Shown: positions 42,634 through 44,364 of the stretch, piece after piece
Numbering within the stretch: the first letter of the stretch is position 1
Layout: every line of letters begins with the position of its first letter
Virus record (IMG/VR): IMGVR_UViG_3300024268_000128
Origin: a virus
DNA length: 44,364 nt
Reading direction: 5' to 3' (one strand)
The notes under the pieces: generated by a model
What the model was told of the DNA's origin: nothing
Seen by the model: the letters and a program-made list of their open reading frames with translations, nothing else
Database searches by the model: none
Translations under genes and position numbers: made by a program

Positions 42634-42959
42634 TTGGCGGCAATGTAAAAGCAACCATCCAGACCAAAACAACCACACGAAACGCCATTGGTGAGGATGT
42701 TGTAAGCTGGCAGGATGCGCAGACCTTGAAAGGCTTCCTTGACCTGTCTGGCGGCGATTCACGGTATACCAACTACCATGCAAAGGTGCAGGAATCCACC
42801 CATGTTTTCATTGCCGATTATGTGCCGTTGCAGGGTATAACGGCTGAGAATTGCCGTATGCTGGTTGATGGACTGCCCTACGATGTGACCTTGATTGATG
42901 ATCCTATGGGGCTACATAGGCACTGGGAAATCTATCTGAGGTTTACGGGGGGGCTGTGA
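42630..42959 (+). CDS. Head closure / head-tail adaptor protein
   Basis: 109 aa with a 4-nt overlap. TTTRNAIGEDVVSWQDAQTLKGFLD is typical of the head-tail joining family. Confidence 0.7.
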   Translation: MIGGNVKATIQTKTTTRNAIGEDVVSWQDAQTLKGFLDLSGGDSRYTNYHAKVQESTHVFIADYVPLQGITAENCRMLVDGLPYDVTLIDDPMGLHRHWEIYLRFTGGL

Positions 42960-42960
42960 T

Positions 42961-43485
42961 GTGGCAGACATTGTTTTTCACGATTACAGCCCACAGGTAA
43001 AGCAGAAAATTGAAAGCCTTGCTGTTGCATGGCTGCATGAAACTGCGTCTGCTGTAGAATCCAGCGCAAAGCGCAACACTAGCACAGAGGGCTGGACGAA
43101 TGCCGAACGTACCTCCCTGCGGGACAGTTACAGCCATAACGTTGACGAAGCAAGCAAGACTGCACAGGTCGGCAACACGTTGGAGCAGGCCTACTGGGAA
43201 GAGTTTGGCACAGGCTCCCATGCTGACACAAAGAAGAACGGCGGCAGACAAGGCCGTCAAGATTGGTGGGTATACATTCCTGGCCAAGAACCAAGGAATG
43301 AAGAAAGCACCCATTACAGGGATGAAACAGAAGCCAAGGCGGCAGCGGCTTACATTAAGGCAGAGTACGGGAAAACAGCCTATGCAACGAATGGTCGTGA
43401 GCCAAACTATACCCTTGAAAAAGCATTCACTACAGTAAGCCCGAAAGCAAAACGTGACTTGCAAAACAAACTAAAGGGGCTGTAA
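42961..43485 (+). CDS. HK97 gp10-like tail component protein
   Basis: 174 aa, called from position and the N-terminal pattern (DYSPQVKQKIESLAVAWLHETA). Confidence 0.6.
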   Translation: MADIVFHDYSPQVKQKIESLAVAWLHETASAVESSAKRNTSTEGWTNAERTSLRDSYSHNVDEASKTAQVGNTLEQAYWEEFGTGSHADTKKNGGRQGRQDWWVYIPGQEPRNEESTHYRDETEAKAAAAYIKAEYGKTAYATNGREPNYTLEKAFTTVSPKAKRDLQNKLKGL

Positions 43486-43871
43486 TGATGAGTATTGAAG
43501 CACTGGCATACATTGAAAACCTGCTAAAGTCCATCGGCATCCCCTATGAGTTGATGCGGTGGAACAAGAATGGTTGGCCTGATGAAGGCTACTACTTTAC
43601 CGGGGACTACATCGAACACGATTCCCAAACGTGGGAAGAAAACGGGCATCAAGAAAGCACATTCATCCTCCGGGGCTATACCCGTGGATCGTGGATGCTG
43701 CTTGAAGAAGCCAAAGCAAAAATCAAAAAGCATATCTCAAAAACGGCAATCCTTCCCAACGGGAACGGGATTGCTATTTTTTATGGCTCAACAACGCAAG
43801 TCCCAACCGGGGATATGGCGTTAAAGAGCATCAAGATCAATCTATCTGTACAAGAATGGAGTGTGGAATAA
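43485..43871 (+). CDS. Tail completion protein (gp17-like / DUF3168-like)
   Basis: 128 aa, the last gene before the major tail gene. Confidence 0.6.
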   Translation: MMSIEALAYIENLLKSIGIPYELMRWNKNGWPDEGYYFTGDYIEHDSQTWEENGHQESTFILRGYTRGSWMLLEEAKAKIKKHISKTAILPNGNGIAIFYGSTTQVPTGDMALKSIKINLSVQEWSVE

Positions 43872-44364
43872 ATGGCTACCATTGGTACTGAATTTAAGTC
43901 CAGCGGCATCACTGCCGATACCCCGAAGACGGTTATGCTGGGTGCTGGCACTATTCATAAGGGCTTGAAGTTTGAAAGCGACGCTTGGAACTTTGAAGAA
44001 TCCCTTATCTGTGCCACTTCTGGCGGTTCCAAGCTGTCTATCGTGCCTGAATTTTACGATGTGCCTGTAGACGGCGCACTGGTAAAGGTGAAGGGTCTGA
44101 CGGTTAAGGTTGGCGAAACTGCCACCCTTGAAATCAATCCTATTGAACTTAAGCCGGAAATCCTCAAGATGGCTGTTATCGGTGACGAAGCTGCATCTGA
44201 AACGGCTACTGGCTACAGCGAGATCAAGAGCCGTGCAATCATCAATGAAGGCGATTATGTAACGGATTTGGGCTATGTGGGTAAGACCGTAGAGGGCAAG
44301 CCCATCATCATTGTGTTTGACAATGCGCTGTGTACCAGCGGCCTTGAACTGGAAGGCAAGAACA
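43872..44364 (+). CDS. Major tail protein, N-terminal part (runs off the window end and continues at 1-228 via the circular overlap)
   Basis: ATG at 43872 directly after the previous stop. The frame is continuous with 1-228 after removing the 127-bp duplicate. Confidence 0.8.
   Translation, partial: MATIGTEFKSSGITADTPKTVMLGAGTIHKGLKFESDAWNFEESLICATSGGSKLSIVPEFYDVPVDGALVKVKGLTVKVGETATLEINPIELKPEILKMAVIGDEAASETATGYSEIKSRAIINEGDYVTDLGYVGKTVEGKPIIIVFDNALCTSGLELEGKN
44238..44364. repeat. Terminal direct repeat, identical to 1-127
   Basis: Exact 127-bp match read directly from the sequence. Confidence 0.95.

Overview
The window is a complete temperate siphovirus-type phage genome of about 44.2 kb. 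It was assembled as a circle: bases 1-127 are identical to 44238-44364, and the major tail gene runs across that junction. GGAGG-type ribosome-binding sites and the gene families present (large serine integrase, ArpU/RinA-like late regulator, BhlA-like holin, Sak4/DUF669 recombination trio) point to a Firmicutes, probably Clostridia, host.

Gene order on the + strand:
- tail (1-13.6 kb)
- moron and integration junction (13.8-15.5 kb)
- serine integrase and CI/Cro switch (15.5-18.9 kb)
- early and replication genes, including a C5-methyltransferase, recombination trio, MazG, replisome organizer with DnaC-like loader, ThyX and Lar (19-31.9 kb)
- packaging, head and connector genes (32-43.9 kb)

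The architecture departs from the usual plan in several ways:
1. There are two divergent full-length tape-measure genes and two divergent Dit/Tal pairs. A secreted-protein gene with its own promoter lies on the opposite strand between the two tape measures.
2. A multi-TRD cytosine methyltransferase is split in frame by a 54-nt stop-rich element. Related copies of this element lie just before the starts of two tail genes.
3. A 3' fragment of exodeoxyribonuclease III abuts a long imperfect inverted repeat beside the serine integrase. This is a candidate attP plus gene-restoring fragment.
4. A DUF3800-like gene sits behind a leader terminator at the prophage end.
5. The MuF head protein carries a C-terminal HExxH domain, followed by a small overlapping ORF.
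6. The holin-endolysin cassette and a reverse-strand membrane-protein gene lie inside the head operon, and a tail-fibre cassette lies between terL and the portal gene.

All family calls come from motifs read by eye. No database search was run.
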